This document shows, one piece after another, positions 1-12,202 of a stretch of 64,000 nt of DNA. The translations under genes were made by a program, and so were the position numbers. The DNA lies in IMG/VR virus record IMGVR_UViG_3300029288_001872, positions 96,001 through 160,000 of that record; one strand, given 5' to 3'. This DNA is from a virus. Lineage: Duplodnaviria > Caudoviricetes. The notes under the pieces were generated by a model, which saw only the letters and a program-made list of their open reading frames with translations, was not told the DNA's origin and did not search any database. The first letter of the stretch is position 1. Every line of letters begins with the position of its first letter.

Positions 1-458
1 TTTCACATACTTCACGGTCATTGAGGATCGAATCGAAACTAATGTGTCTTATTACCAGCATCCGGGGTCAGCCACAACATTTGGATCGTTCCGTAAGGGC
101 AGATACTACTCCTCCACTTCATACATGCCCCCGAGTGTTACGGAAATAAGGGCACCGTCTGTTAAGGCCCTCATAAGGTGCTATGTCAATCCGCCGGATG
201 GCGAAATTTTGGGGAAGACATCATTTGATGCCAGACATATTCAAGCCCTTGGTAAGAAGAAATTTGGGTTGGAATAACAGGAAATAACATGAATAAAACC
301 AAAACAAAAGAACCTAAAATCGGCTCAAGACAAAACCCAGAAAGAACAGTTCCAAAGGATTGTTTTGAGAAGATGAAAGACGGCAAAGTGGTGGTTGGAT
401 ACAAAGAATATAAACCATTTGAACCATATTCTAAAAGGAAATAAAGGAGGATTAAACA

Positions 459-659
459 ATGCAAGATGAAAGATGTAATGGTTGTAATAAACTGGTAGAG
501 GCTGAATCTGGTATCTTTGAATGCAAAACCTATCCCAATCCTGCGGCAATATGGAAACGTGGTAATTGTCCACTTGGGTCTCACATCATCAAGGTTAAGG
601 AAGAAAAGAAAAGGGTTAATCCTTTAAAAGCCAACAAGCGAGCTAAAAAGGGGAAATAA
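459..659 (+). CDS. PxxKW-family-like cysteine-rich small protein
   Basis: CxxC...CKTYPNPAAIWKRGNCPLGSH and basic tail VNPLKANKR; GGAGG RBS upstream. Confidence 0.6.
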   Translation: MQDERCNGCNKLVEAESGIFECKTYPNPAAIWKRGNCPLGSHIIKVKEEKKRVNPLKANKRAKKGK

Positions 660-673
660 AGGAGGAAATCAAA

Positions 674-979
674 ATGGGTTATTTTACCGAACTTAGAGAA
701 AACATCATTAAAGCCAGTGAAGAAGCAACATTAGAATGGAATAAATCTAGTGTTGTCAGAAAACATGGCCCTATAAATGGGATGTTAGTTTGTCCCCATT
801 GCGGAGTTAAAGGGAAAATTCATGTCAAACCCACCACACAGAAAAGAGGTATTGATGGAGGCAAGGCTACTGCGGCAGTATTCACTTGCGGTTTATCTAT
901 GCTGTTGACCGGATTGTCCAGGATGGAGAAAGCGAACAAACTCTATTGCGAAAGCTGCGAAATGTCGTGGGTTGTGTAA
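674..979 (+). CDS. Zn-ribbon protein with hydrophobic segment
   Basis: CPHC and CESC pairs flank GGKATAAVFTCGLSML; strong RBS. Confidence 0.5.
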   Translation: MGYFTELRENIIKASEEATLEWNKSSVVRKHGPINGMLVCPHCGVKGKIHVKPTTQKRGIDGGKATAAVFTCGLSMLLTGLSRMEKANKLYCESCEMSWVV

Positions 980-1770
980 TATAAAAGAAGTCAATCTTTT
1001 CATAAAAGGAGGATTTATCGCATGGCTAAAATCATCCACATTGTTCCAGTTGAATGTCATTTTGACAAAAATGGTAATTCGTTACCTAAATCTATCAAGA
1101 AATGTGTCAAAGTGGATGACTTCAAGAATTTTGATAGAACTTATGATGGGGAAGGCAAAAGGATTTTTGAGAGGAGGGGATAAGATGAATTTTCTCATTA
1201 ACGACATTATCAATAAAATTTTAGACCATGCATCAATTCTCAACCTTAATGAATACTTTGCACTTTGTTTAATTCATAATATTGGTGAATATATGATGAA
1301 AATTAGTAAAGAAGCCATTAAACAATGGCACCATGATATTTATACAAATGGTATTTCTAACCTTTTTAACAATATTGAAGAGAAATAATCATGGAAAAAC
1401 ATTTTGGGTATAAGAACTTTTGGGTTGAAAAACCAAAAGAGTGTCTTGAATTAGATATACAACAACTTTGGTTAGTAACTAGCACGAATAGACATCATGG
1501 TGGTAGAACCCCTCAAATCTGGGGTCTTGTTAATAATGCAAAGGATGGAATGATTTGGCATGAACAAAAACATAAACATGAAGGTGGATTTTGTGATTTC
1601 TGTCGCGCCGAATGGGTTGATGAAGGTTGGCGCATGATTAAGAAAGTAGACCACGATGGAGCAACGGTTCATTATGAAGTAACTCAAATTGATTTTTTAA
1701 ATAAAAAGGAGGTCTAAATGAATTGATTGTTTAGAATTTTATGGTGTTTGGGAATAAGGAGGTTTAAACT

Positions 1771-2265
1771 ATGCTAAATAAAAAGCAAATAGAGAAAATA
1801 ATGAAATTTAAAGATGTTCTAAACATTGAGGTAGAAAAACAACAAACAACTGTTTGGTCTTCTGATATTTATATGGATGGAGTTTTGTTAGGTAGATATA
1901 AAATAATCTTGAAACTTTATGAAGAAAGCAATTTTAAGACACAACTTGATGACTTTATAAAAATATACAATGTGAGTAAAATGGTTGAAATTGAAAGCGA
2001 ATTTAAAGAGAGAATAGTTGAAGGTCCAATGGGTTCTATTTTTCACCATCCTCATGTATGGAATAATAGTTTTACAGGCGAAACACATGCTTGTTTTGGC
2101 AATATCAAATTTGGCATCATAAGTCTTTTAAAAGACGAAGAATATGACGTATTGATTTCTATCCTGCTTGAATTTTTAAAAAACAGTTTCGGGTGGATAG
2201 GTATAACTCAAAAAGAAATGTTGGAATTTTGGGAAGATAAAGAAGATAAAGTTAGCCAACTATAA
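1771..2265 (+). CDS. E2 (ubiquitin-conjugating)-like protein, paralogue 1
   Basis: FHHPHVW...HACFGN motif shared with five other ORFs in the window. Confidence 0.65.
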   Translation: MLNKKQIEKIMKFKDVLNIEVEKQQTTVWSSDIYMDGVLLGRYKIILKLYEESNFKTQLDDFIKIYNVSKMVEIESEFKERIVEGPMGSIFHHPHVWNNSFTGETHACFGNIKFGIISLLKDEEYDVLISILLEFLKNSFGWIGITQKEMLEFWEDKEDKVSQL

Positions 2266-2776
2266 CTAGTAAATTCTAAAGGAGGTATAAAATGCAAAAT
2301 CCAGAACAATTCAAAGAATCTATTTCTTTGTCAAATGACCAAACATTAAGGATGGGAATTACCTTAACAAATGTTATCTTTAACCATCTTTCTAACGCAG
2401 CCATTATTTTTGACAGACTTCAAGATGTAATTCCATCACCAGAACTTGAGGAACAAAAACAAAAAGTAATTGAAGTGCAGAACGAGGTATTAAACCTCTT
2501 TAACATGATGATCGATGAAAGAGAAGCAAGAGAAGAAAAAGATAAATGATAAACATTGATGGTGAAAAGAATATGGCAATTGAGACTTTGCGCCATTATT
2601 GGCTGAAGGGCAGATTGTCAGATGGCCAATTCTTCAAAGAGGTTATAAAATTAGCAGGAAGAACTGCTTTTCAATTTGATGAATTTAAACTGACTAAATG
2701 GGGTCAAGTTAGACTGCTTGAATTCCCAAAAGGTTGGGCTATCATAAGAAGGAATAAGACCTTATGGATGTTCTGT

Positions 2777-3901
2777 CTAACTACAGACAGCTTTCTGGAT
2801 ATTATCCAAAGACTCCATCCCGAGTCTCAATATGTTAATTGCAGCATTATGATCTCTATCCATAACTAAATTACAATGAGGACAAGAATGTATTCTAACA
2901 GACAAATCTTTATCAACAATTTGACCGCATCTAGAACACATCTTACTAGTATTGCGAGGATTTATGAATTTCACAGACCTACCAGCATATTCTGCTTTGT
3001 AGGTGGTGAAATTCATGAACTGGTTCCAAGCGACATTAGATATGGATTTTCTAATACCTTTGAAAGTTCCTTGTTGCATGTTCTTAATATCAAGTTTTTC
3101 AAAAACTATAATCTGATTTTCATTAATGATTCTTCTAGACAATTTATGTGCGAAGTCTGTTCTTTTATTAACAATCTTAGAATGAATTTTAGCAACTATC
3201 TTCTTAAGTTTCTTCCTTTTAAAAGAACCTTTTTTCGCTTTACTAAATTTACTTTGATATTTAGTGAGTTTATCTTCATCTTGCTTAAAGAATCTAGGGT
3301 TTGGAATACTTTCACCATTAGAAAAAGTAGCGAAATTAATAAGACCCACATCAATACCAATGAATTTATCGACGATAGGCAATTTAATAGTTTCAACTTC
3401 ACAGCTAAAGCAAGAGAACCATTTGTCAGTAGAATCTCTTTTTATTGTAAGTGTTTTAATCTTACCTTCAATTGGTCTATGTTGTTTGATTCTGACAGAA
3501 CCAATTCTAGACATCTTAAGTTTGTTATCAACAAGTTTAAAACCATATTGTGGAAAAGTAAAAGAATTATATCTGTCATATCCTTGAAATCTAGGATATC
3601 CAGGTTTATCGCCAGATTTTATTCTCCTGAAAAAGGTTTTAAATGCTTTGTCAAGTCTATTTTGAGTATCTTGCAAGCATTGGGTAAAAACATCGTTAAG
3701 TTCAGATTTATCTTTCTTCCATTGGGTAAGAAGATTATGAGTATCATACAAACTAAGACTTTTCTTTCCTTCTTCCCAAGATTTCTTTCTAACTTCAAGC
3801 GTTTTATTATAAACCCATCTACAGCCGTCAAGATATTTCTGCAAAGACTTCTTCTGTTTAGAAGTTGGGTAAATTCTGAATTTAAATGTTTTCATACTCA
3901 C
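2777..3901 (-). mobile_element. tnpB: TnpB RNA-guided endonuclease (IS200/IS605 family), no tnpA adjacent
   Basis: N-terminal KTFKFRIYPT; RuvC residues in GIDVG, VFEKL and DRDHNAAINI; Zn finger CSRCG...CPHC. Confidence 0.95.
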
Positions 3902-3907
3902 ATCTAG

Positions 3908-3959
3908 ATTATAACATATGGGGAAAATAATGCAAGCTAGTAGTTCAAATTTTTGTACT
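3908..3959 (-). promoter_or_regulatory. sigma70-type promoter for tnpB with upstream 18-bp palindromic box
   Basis: Minus strand reads AGTACAAAAATTTGAACT-N6-TTGCAT-N16-TATAAT, with the GTG start 7 nt downstream. Confidence 0.65.
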
Positions 3960-4202
3960 AAGGATGAAAATAAAAAATCTTTATATAAAGGAAGTTTCTG
4001 TTGGCATGGTGAAAGTCATATCTTTTATTCTCATGCTGTTAATGAAACCAAAGCATTTCAAAATTGCTGTGTGCAGTTGGCAAAGAAATTGGAATATTCT
4101 GTAGGTGCAATTAGAAATTATTTCAGGAATTCAAATAGATATGAAATCACCAAAGAAAATGAAAAAATATGAAAATAATTCCAATTTAAGTGCATTTTTT
4201 GC

Positions 4203-4230
4203 TTGACAAGGTTTTCAAACCAGATAAAAT
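4203..4230 (+). promoter_or_regulatory. sigma70-type promoter
   Basis: TTGACA-N16-TAAAAT upstream of AAGGAGG RBS. Confidence 0.6.
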
Positions 4231-4268
4231 ATGAACATCAAATCAACCAAATAAAGGAGGAACAAATT

Positions 4269-4535
4269 ATGTTGGAAATTCAAAAGGGAGTACCCATGCC
4301 GGAAGCGGAAGCGAAGACGCGGAAGAATGCAAAGTACCCATTTAAGGGTATGGAAGTCGGTGACAGCTTCATTGCCCCTCTCAAGAAGGATGAGGACATC
4401 GAGAAGGCTATGGTCAAGGTCAATGCCAATGCCCGCAGGTATGGCAAAGACCTCAGCGCCACCTTTGAGACCCGCATCGTCAAGGAAGAGAAGACTGGCA
4501 AGGTCCAGGGTATTGGCGTGTGGCGGACCAAGTAG
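4269..4535 (+). CDS. Small basic phage protein (KYPF..MEVGDSF family), possibly DNA-binding
   Basis: ATG at 4269 follows AAGGAGG; KYPFKGMEVGDSF motif; GC-richer codons than neighbours. Confidence 0.55.
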   Translation: MLEIQKGVPMPEAEAKTRKNAKYPFKGMEVGDSFIAPLKKDEDIEKAMVKVNANARRYGKDLSATFETRIVKEEKTGKVQGIGVWRTK

Positions 4536-4550
4536 GGTGAAGTCAGCCTA

Positions 4551-4593
4551 ATTCCCCCTCCTTTATAAATAGGGAGGGGGAATGGCTTCTTTT
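4551..4593 (+). terminator. Intrinsic terminator
   Basis: ATTCCCCCTCC...GGAGGGGGAAT stem followed by CTTCTTTT. Confidence 0.7.
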
Positions 4594-6979
4594 GATCTAT
4601 AAAAAAGGAGGAATAAACATGAGTTTTTGTGAAAAACTTCAAACAGGATGTCCCGCTTGTAACACAGAAATGGTTCAGAAAGGTTCTATTTTAGGACATA
4701 ATGGTGGATCACAGGATATTTATCAGTGCCCAGGGTGTAAGAACATCGAAATAGGAACACTTTGGATGTTTAGAGCTACCAAGAATTGGGGACTTCAATT
4801 AAAATTAAACAAATTTTTAACCCAATATCAAACTTTAAACGAAGTGATTAAAGAAGACATAGTGAGGTTGATATGAATTGGAAGGAACATCATAATTACG
4901 GAAAAGTTGGTTATTCAATTGGACGCTTTGATTTAATTGTTTGGAGAAGTGAAATAATAACTTTATATAAGGGTGGTGCAGAAGTAATTAAATTTGGGAA
5001 GATGCCCATCGAAGAAGCTAAAGAAAAAGCATTTGATTATATAATTGATAAACTATCCAACCAAGAATTAAGAGAATTATGGAAGGAGGCATAAAATGGC
5101 AACCTTATTTGACGAAAGGCTAAAGTCTCAATATGAAGCAGGCCCAGAAGAATTGGAAAGAAGAGAAAAGGTTTATGACCTTCGTGAAAAAGCAGACAAT
5201 ATCAGAAACGCTTGGGACTCATGGCAAGAGTTCAACAAGTGTCTGCATAGCCTTAATCCCCCACAAGAAATCGTTGATGCCTGGGATAAAATAACTCCTT
5301 GGCTAAAAGAATTGGGAGAAAACACTTTGAAAGACCTTGAAGAATTAGAGGGGATGTAATATGAAACCAACCGTAATTGGAAGGGCTATTACTTCAAGTG
5401 TTTGTGTTTCTTGTGGGAGAATTTTTGACGTAAATAATATTTCTAACTGTCCTTATTGTTGTGGGGCAATTAGAAATATTTGGGAATTAACTAAAGAAAC
5501 ATATTCAAAAGAAACTATAGATAAAATAAAAAAATCGCTAAAGAAGATATAGAAGAAGGGATCGCATTTGGTAAACAGCAAGCGTATTCAAGATTACATC
5601 TTATGGTTCTTTCTCATATTGAATTTATTCATAAACTTTTTAAAATTTGTCCAACTGTGAAGATACAAGGTAAGTTAGAAAGTTATATAGACGTAGTAGA
5701 TACAATAAATAAATTGAAGGAGGAAGTGTAATGAAAGAAATAGCAAAAGACCTTATCTATGTGGAAATTAATGATGACGATACTATTGCTTCATTAAAAG
5801 AAAAATTTATCAATATAATGAAAAAGCACAAGATTAAATACGGGAGTATTAATAAAGACGAAATTATCCGTTTTCATAACATCGAATGGGATGCATACCT
5901 AATTCTATTTCTTGACAATCTTAATATTAGATTAAGAACAAGTATGGTAGCGATGGACTTACCAAAAGAATTAGAATATTAAAGGAGGAATAATTATGAC
6001 ACCACTACCACAAGAAGTTGAAAGAATAATCTTAGATTGGATGTCTGGTCAAGGCGAACTTCTGCATTTTTGGGAAGAAAGAGTACAAAATTATTATACC
6101 TATTATATAATTTGGAGAGTAAAACAATTAAAATCAGATCGAACCTATTTCTTAAGAGTATTTGGCAGTGGAGATAAATGGGATTTATCTCAGGATGCTT
6201 GCAAATAAGGAGGAAGATAATGGATCAACAAGATGAAAAGTGTAAATGGTGTGGTAAACCAAGAAAAGAAATGAACTATCCAGTCCATGACTATTATTAC
6301 CTCCGAGGTATGGAACATTTATGGTTCAAGTGTGGTTCACACTATGCAGCCAAAGGCGGTTGGGAATCACGTTACTTTCCCCAAACATGGACCAAATACG
6401 ATGCTCAATCATCACTTTGTAAGACTATTTCAGAAATTGGAAATGAAACTATTTGGGAAACTCCAAAGTGTGATACCCCTAAATGTGTGTTTTGTTTTGA
6501 TGGACATTGTTATGCTTCTCCAAAAGAGCATGAACATTGTACTCAGCAGAAAGTGAAATAATTTGACAAATAAATCAAAAAAGGAGATATAAAATGTTTT
6601 TAGTAGATAGAGAATTTGTCAATAAACAAGATTTAAATAAAACTTCAATTCACACATTGACTTGCGCTTTATATTATCGCTTAATGGATTCGTTATCAAA
6701 CGTCTCAACAGAAACGTATCCTTGGAAAAGCGATAAAACTGTATATAAAATAGTTATGGCCATCCTAAAAGAATTTGCAGAACGAAACCCATCATAGGAG
6801 ATATAAAATGACAGAGAAGTGTTGGCTAATAATTATTATTTTTTTAGGCGGAGCAGGATTAACCTTTGCCAAAAGATACAAAAATAAGGACAGACAAGCT
6901 GGAGATTGGATAGTTTTCTGGACTCTAATTTTTGTCTTTGGTTTACTTGTCTCAAATTAAAAATTTTCTAAAATTTTTC

Positions 6980-7008
6980 TTGACAAACCTTTTAGCCTAT
7001 AGGATAAT
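6980..7008 (+). promoter_or_regulatory. sigma70-type promoter
   Basis: TTGACA-N17-GATAAT before AAGGAGG and ORF 7029. Confidence 0.55.
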
Positions 7009-7028
7009 CTTCCAAAAGGAGGAAAAAT

Positions 7029-7610
7029 ATGTCTGACTTTCAAACTGCTCTAAAACAGGTTGCGGCCAAACCCAAGGCCAAGAAGCAAGAAATCCCTTTC
7101 CTTAAAATCCCCCAGCGAATTAAAGACGCAGTGGATACCTTCCAATCTGCCAAGAAAAACAAAATCCAGGCAGAAGCTACCATGAAGGAAAAAGAAGCCG
7201 TCATAATTGACTTCGTTAGAGAGAAGCAAGACCTTGATGGTTTTGCTGATAAGTATCATAATTCTTATGCTTTGAAAGGTGAAGAACATGAAATCAAAGT
7301 TATCTATGCAAACAAATGGTCTATAAATCCTGAGTCAAAAGTTGAACTGAAAAGACTTTTGAAAAGAAATTACAATGGTTTGATAAAAGAAAGTTATTCA
7401 TTAAGTTTAAAGAAAGAAGTTTTTGAAGATGAGCAATTACAAAAGGATTTGTTATCGCTTGTCGGTGATAGATTCAAAGACTTCTTTGAAAGCAACTTAA
7501 TTTTAAGTGTGGTTGAAGATTTCAGCCAAGAAATATATCAAATGGTTGATAAGGATGGATTGAAGTTGTTGAGAAGCCTTTGCCAACAAAGTAAACCAAG
7601 TTTGAAATAA
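7029..7610 (+). CDS. Hypothetical protein
   Basis: 193-aa ORF with promoter and strong RBS. Confidence 0.6.
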   Translation: MSDFQTALKQVAAKPKAKKQEIPFLKIPQRIKDAVDTFQSAKKNKIQAEATMKEKEAVIIDFVREKQDLDGFADKYHNSYALKGEEHEIKVIYANKWSINPESKVELKRLLKRNYNGLIKESYSLSLKKEVFEDEQLQKDLLSLVGDRFKDFFESNLILSVVEDFSQEIYQMVDKDGLKLLRSLCQQSKPSLK

Positions 7611-9936
7611 AAGGAGGGATATATGAAATTTTCAACGATCCATCATTGCAAAGAATTAACTGCAATTGAACCAAATAATGAATTGATTGTCTATATCCAA
7701 GACGAAAAAATAGCATCTTTATATCAAACAAAAGCAGGTTGGTCTTTAAACTTATCTAATATGGATGATATTAAAGCTATCAAAATTTTCTTTTGTCCCT
7801 TTTGTGGAAAGGAATTATCAAAAGAAAATAAGGAGAAATAATCAATGCTTCTTTATATGATTTGTGCTTGTTGGGATAATGGTTATGGTGGTTATGGGTA
7901 CAGAGACCCAAAATCATATACAGAAAGGTTTTATTTCCTTTTGTTTAATTCTACTTATGAACAAAATCCATGGATTTGTAATAATATCTTTAGTGCAAAT
8001 GACGGAAGTGATGTTGAATTTATTCCAAGTGGAAACTAAAAGGAGGGATATATGAAATTTAAATTGAAACTCTTCCATGAAAAATTTATATTGTTCCCGA
8101 GGGTTTGTGATAAGTGTAGGAATTATGTTTTCCTTGAACGAATGTGGAGATTTAAAACTAACGCACAAAATGGTTTTGGGACTAATATATTATGGCCTTT
8201 GTTTCTTTGTAAATCTTGTGCTCCAAATATAGTCTTAGCAAAAAAGTATTTTTCTCAAAATAAATTGTAAATCCTCTTCTTGCTAAAAATGCTCTATTTT
8301 AACTAAAAGGAGGAATAAATTATGTATCAATTCAAAGTTTCTGGCCCATGGTGGAAGATTAAACATCCAAAGAAAAATTATCCTTGGCCTTGCATAAGTG
8401 ATATGAAAAGAATCATAACCATATATGATGATATTTTAAACAAGACTGCGCCAAACACTTATACTAAGGTTACTGGATTATGTTGTTGTAATATCCAAAT
8501 TCCAGATGAAGATACCATTGAAATGAATGAAGAAAAGAAGTTGATTATGACAAATTTTACTGAGATGTGTGGGGGAAAATAATATATGAAAAACTCAACA
8601 GTCACAGATAAATTTACTGGTGAGAAAATCAGAGTTATTAAGCCTTATGGCAGAACGTATTATCAAAGATTGCACGAACTCGTGGAAAGCAACAATAATT
8701 TTCATCCATGCAAAACTTGTGGCAACCCTGTGCAAGAACCTTTAATTTGTCAATTTTGCGGTGAAACTGAACCTAATTAAAAAGAAAGGAGAAACAATCC
8801 ATGTCCTACGACATTTCGTTATGTGACCCAATTACCAAAGAGGTCTTACATCTTGAAGAGCCACATCAATTAAAAGGTGGAACTTACGCACTTGGTGGCA
8901 CCACTGAAATGTGGTTAAATGTGACATATAATTATTCACCTTTCTTTCGTAAAGTCATTGATAAGAATAAGGGCATAAGAAAAATATATGGTCTGACCGG
9001 AGAAGAATCAATTCCTATTCTTGAAAAGGCTATGAGTCAATTAGGTAATGATATTGATGAAGATTACTGGAAGCCAACAGAAGGGAATGCAAAAGACGCT
9101 TTGAAAAAATTGTTGATCTTGGCACAAACAAGACCTGATGGAATTTGGATGGGAGATTAATTTGATGAAAAACAATCCGAAAGCAAAATTCTGGAAGCCT
9201 GCACCAAATCAAAAGAACACCATAACTATTCTACCAAAAGAGGATCATCACTTACTGCACGATTATTTTATTACCAATCATAAAGCTGAGAATAAAAATA
9301 TACAACCGGATATAAGACGCGTTGTTGATTACGAGAATGAACCTTTTGGTTATGCTAAAGAAGAAATAGTTTTGGGAGGGCCAATGCCAAGGTTTGCTGA
9401 TTATACAAAAGAAATGGGTGGAGGCTGGGAAGTAGTTGATGACACCATAAGAAGAACAATACCAAGAATCAATTGGGAACAAGTAAGAAATGAAGAATAT
9501 TGGGAAGAATGGCATTTTGAAAGATACAAACTTTTCCATACTAAAGAATTTAAAAGATGGAGTTTACATTTTAATTTTAATATTATTGGACATTTGCCTC
9601 ATGACATACCGAGAGAAAGAGTCTTCACATGGGCAGAAGAACACATACTCTCTAGATGGCTTCATGATGAAAAAACCATAGAAGAATCAGGAGGTGATCC
9701 AAATATGTCGTTCGAAAAAGAACTACCTATCAATGTCACATTGGAAAGAGCCAAAATTGTCAATGAATGGGTTCCTAAAGAAATAACTGATTACGGAACC
9801 TTGGCAAATCGTTGTTCCAAACTATGGAATTGCGACTTAAGTATAAAAGAAGCAGAACAACTTCTTGAAGAAGCCTATATTGTCCTCAAAACAGAGGGAA
9901 TAAAACCAAATTTCTTCAAAGAACGAAATTGAGCCT

Positions 9937-10022
9937 AGTACAAATTTTTGTACTTATGTCAAAAAAATAATTTCGAGAAAGTGAAGAAATTTCTTGACAA
10001 GCCAATCATAAAAATTTAAGAT
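9937..10022 (+). promoter_or_regulatory. Palindromic box and promoter of the ubiquitin-like operon
   Basis: AGTACAAA-TT-TTTGTACT at 9937-9954; TTGACA(9994)-N17-TAAGAT. Confidence 0.65.
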
Positions 10023-10045
10023 AATTACATAAGGAGGACAAACGA

Positions 10046-11362
10046 ATGTGGCTCATGCTTGACAATCACCTTGACGCAGAAAAAATCTTGACCAAGGCTT
10101 TGATACCTACCTTGCTTCACACAATTACTGCCCCAAGAGAAATCAAAGGGTTGGCCTTCCCGGAAGAAGAAAAAGACAAGGTTCTTAAACTTCTGAAATT
10201 AGAAGAAAAAACCTGGACAACGATTAAAACCAATGACGATAATGTTCTTCTTCTGGAAGCACAAGGAAGGGTCATCAAAATTGGTGGTCATCTTCAAACT
10301 TGGAATGAATTTTCTCCAGTTTTAGAAGAATATGCAGAATTACTCAATGTTAAAATAGTAGTTTCAAACCCACATAAGAATCAGATAGGAAAAGGAGTAA
10401 CTTTAGAACCAGAGGCAGAAGAAGGAACTTTGTTTATAAAGTTCTATGCCTCTCCTAAAAAAACCAAAGCAAAATCATACAAAGAAGTTTTCGGTTTTAA
10501 ATTAGGAACAAGTCAAAGTGATGGGGTAGAACCTTCTGGCCAAGGACAACCAATTGTTGATCCTGTTTCTGAGACCACCATTGCAGAAGTAATTGGCGAC
10601 AACCTTTATGTTCTTTTTGATTTGCCTCATAATGATGGTTTGAAAAATAGCCAAGAAATTATGAGACAAATCATGGAACAATATTCTCTTCTACAAAAAT
10701 CGCCAGAAGAATTAAAAAAATGGAGGGAAGAAGCAAAAGAAAGAGAGGCGACTAAAACAAAAGACGCCTATGTTAAAGAATGTTCAAAAAGGTTAAAAGC
10801 GGTAAAAAACGGATTGATAGAAGATATTGAGGAAAACGAAAACGAACTAAATGCTTTGGGCCAAAGAATTACCGAGTTGATAAGACAAATTGACGAAAAG
10901 AAGAAACAACTCTTCGGGTTTGACGACCTTGAAGACAGAGAAGAAAGATTTTCCCAAGAATATGATAAGTTGTTAGAACTACCTCATGTCAAGAAAGTTT
11001 TGGTTGAAGAAGGCAAGGTTAAAGTTTTCACTAACACCATCTTTCTTGAAAGCGATGGAAAAGTCTATGAGATGGGAGATTATCGCATTGATATTCCTAC
11101 GCAAGACACCGATTTAAAAATTGCCAATCTAAGAATGGAAGAACTGACTGGGCAAACATATTTCCACCATCCTCATGTTTCTGGAAATAAAGATGGCGCA
11201 ACTCCTTGTTTGGGAAATATTTCAGAGGGTGTTATGCGTCTAATTGGTGCATATGAATTTTCAGTAGTAGCACAAATTCTCATTGAATATCTACATAGTA
11301 GTAGATATCAAGATGAATTGACAGCTTACTGGAAGCCAATTAAAAAACAAAAAACCGCGTGA
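10046..11362 (+). CDS. Coiled-coil protein with C-terminal E2-like domain
   Basis: FHHPHVSGNKDGATPCLGN resembles the E2 HPN...C motif; adjacent to JAB, E1 and Ubl genes. Confidence 0.75.
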   Translation: MWLMLDNHLDAEKILTKALIPTLLHTITAPREIKGLAFPEEEKDKVLKLLKLEEKTWTTIKTNDDNVLLLEAQGRVIKIGGHLQTWNEFSPVLEEYAELLNVKIVVSNPHKNQIGKGVTLEPEAEEGTLFIKFYASPKKTKAKSYKEVFGFKLGTSQSDGVEPSGQGQPIVDPVSETTIAEVIGDNLYVLFDLPHNDGLKNSQEIMRQIMEQYSLLQKSPEELKKWREEAKEREATKTKDAYVKECSKRLKAVKNGLIEDIEENENELNALGQRITELIRQIDEKKKQLFGFDDLEDREERFSQEYDKLLELPHVKKVLVEEGKVKVFTNTIFLESDGKVYEMGDYRIDIPTQDTDLKIANLRMEELTGQTYFHHPHVSGNKDGATPCLGNISEGVMRLIGAYEFSVVAQILIEYLHSSRYQDELTAYWKPIKKQKTA

Positions 11363-11395
11363 ATAAAATCTAAAGAATATCATAAGGAGGAATAA

Positions 11396-12202
11396 ATGAA
11401 AATTGAATCGGTAGTTCCAATCATTGTCATAACCCCAGACGCCAAGGCAAAGCTGGATGCCTATATCGGCATCTGTAAACAAGAAATCAGTGGTTTGGGT
11501 GTAGTAAGGAGACTCCCTGGTTGGAAATTTCTTATCGAAAACATCATCTTGTTTTCCCAAGAAGTTACAGCAGGAACAACAGACCTTGACGAAGAAACTC
11601 TTCACCAATTCTTAACTGAAGCTGTAAACCAGAACTTGGACCCCTCGGTTTTAAAGTTGTGGTGGCATAGCCATGTCAACGGGTCTTGTTTTTGGTCTGG
11701 TATTGACACCGGGACTATCGACAAAGCGTTGTTAGGTGACGATTGGATGCTATCCATTGTAGGTAACAAAAAAGGCGAATACAAATGTCGTCTTGATACT
11801 TACGATCCAGTCCGTATAGCATTAGATGAACTATCACTACAATTGCAACAAACAGTTGACGTTGGCCTTTGGAAGCAATTGAAGGCCGAAGTTAAAGAAA
11901 AAGTGAGAAAGAAGAAATATACCACATATCAAGCAGGCGGTTGTGGAATTTGGGAAAAAGGAAAAGTTTGGAGTCAAAATAAGTGGGTGTGGCCGGATGA
12001 AATTGATGACCAACCTATCCTGCCTAAACATTCTTCAAAACGTTCTTGCGGGGAATGCAAGGATTTCATTGAAGGAAAAAAGACTTGCAAACAAAACTTT
12101 GCTAGTGGAAAATTTATGGCTGCTTGCAGACTATTTGAACCTATCCAAATAGGCGAAAGTGAAGAAACAAAAGAACAAGACTTGCAAGTGGGGATGGTTT
12201 AA
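11396..12202 (+). CDS. JAB/MPN+ (JAMM) metallo-isopeptidase
   Basis: E...HSH-x7-S-x2-D motif: KQEISG ... WWHSHVNGSCFWSGID. Confidence 0.9.
   Translation: MKIESVVPIIVITPDAKAKLDAYIGICKQEISGLGVVRRLPGWKFLIENIILFSQEVTAGTTDLDEETLHQFLTEAVNQNLDPSVLKLWWHSHVNGSCFWSGIDTGTIDKALLGDDWMLSIVGNKKGEYKCRLDTYDPVRIALDELSLQLQQTVDVGLWKQLKAEVKEKVRKKKYTTYQAGGCGIWEKGKVWSQNKWVWPDEIDDQPILPKHSSKRSCGECKDFIEGKKTCKQNFASGKFMAACRLFEPIQIGESEETKEQDLQVGMV

Noticed and set aside
2876-3907. 343-aa + strand ORF
   Set aside because: Antisense shadow of tnpB with no RBS and no recognisable motifs
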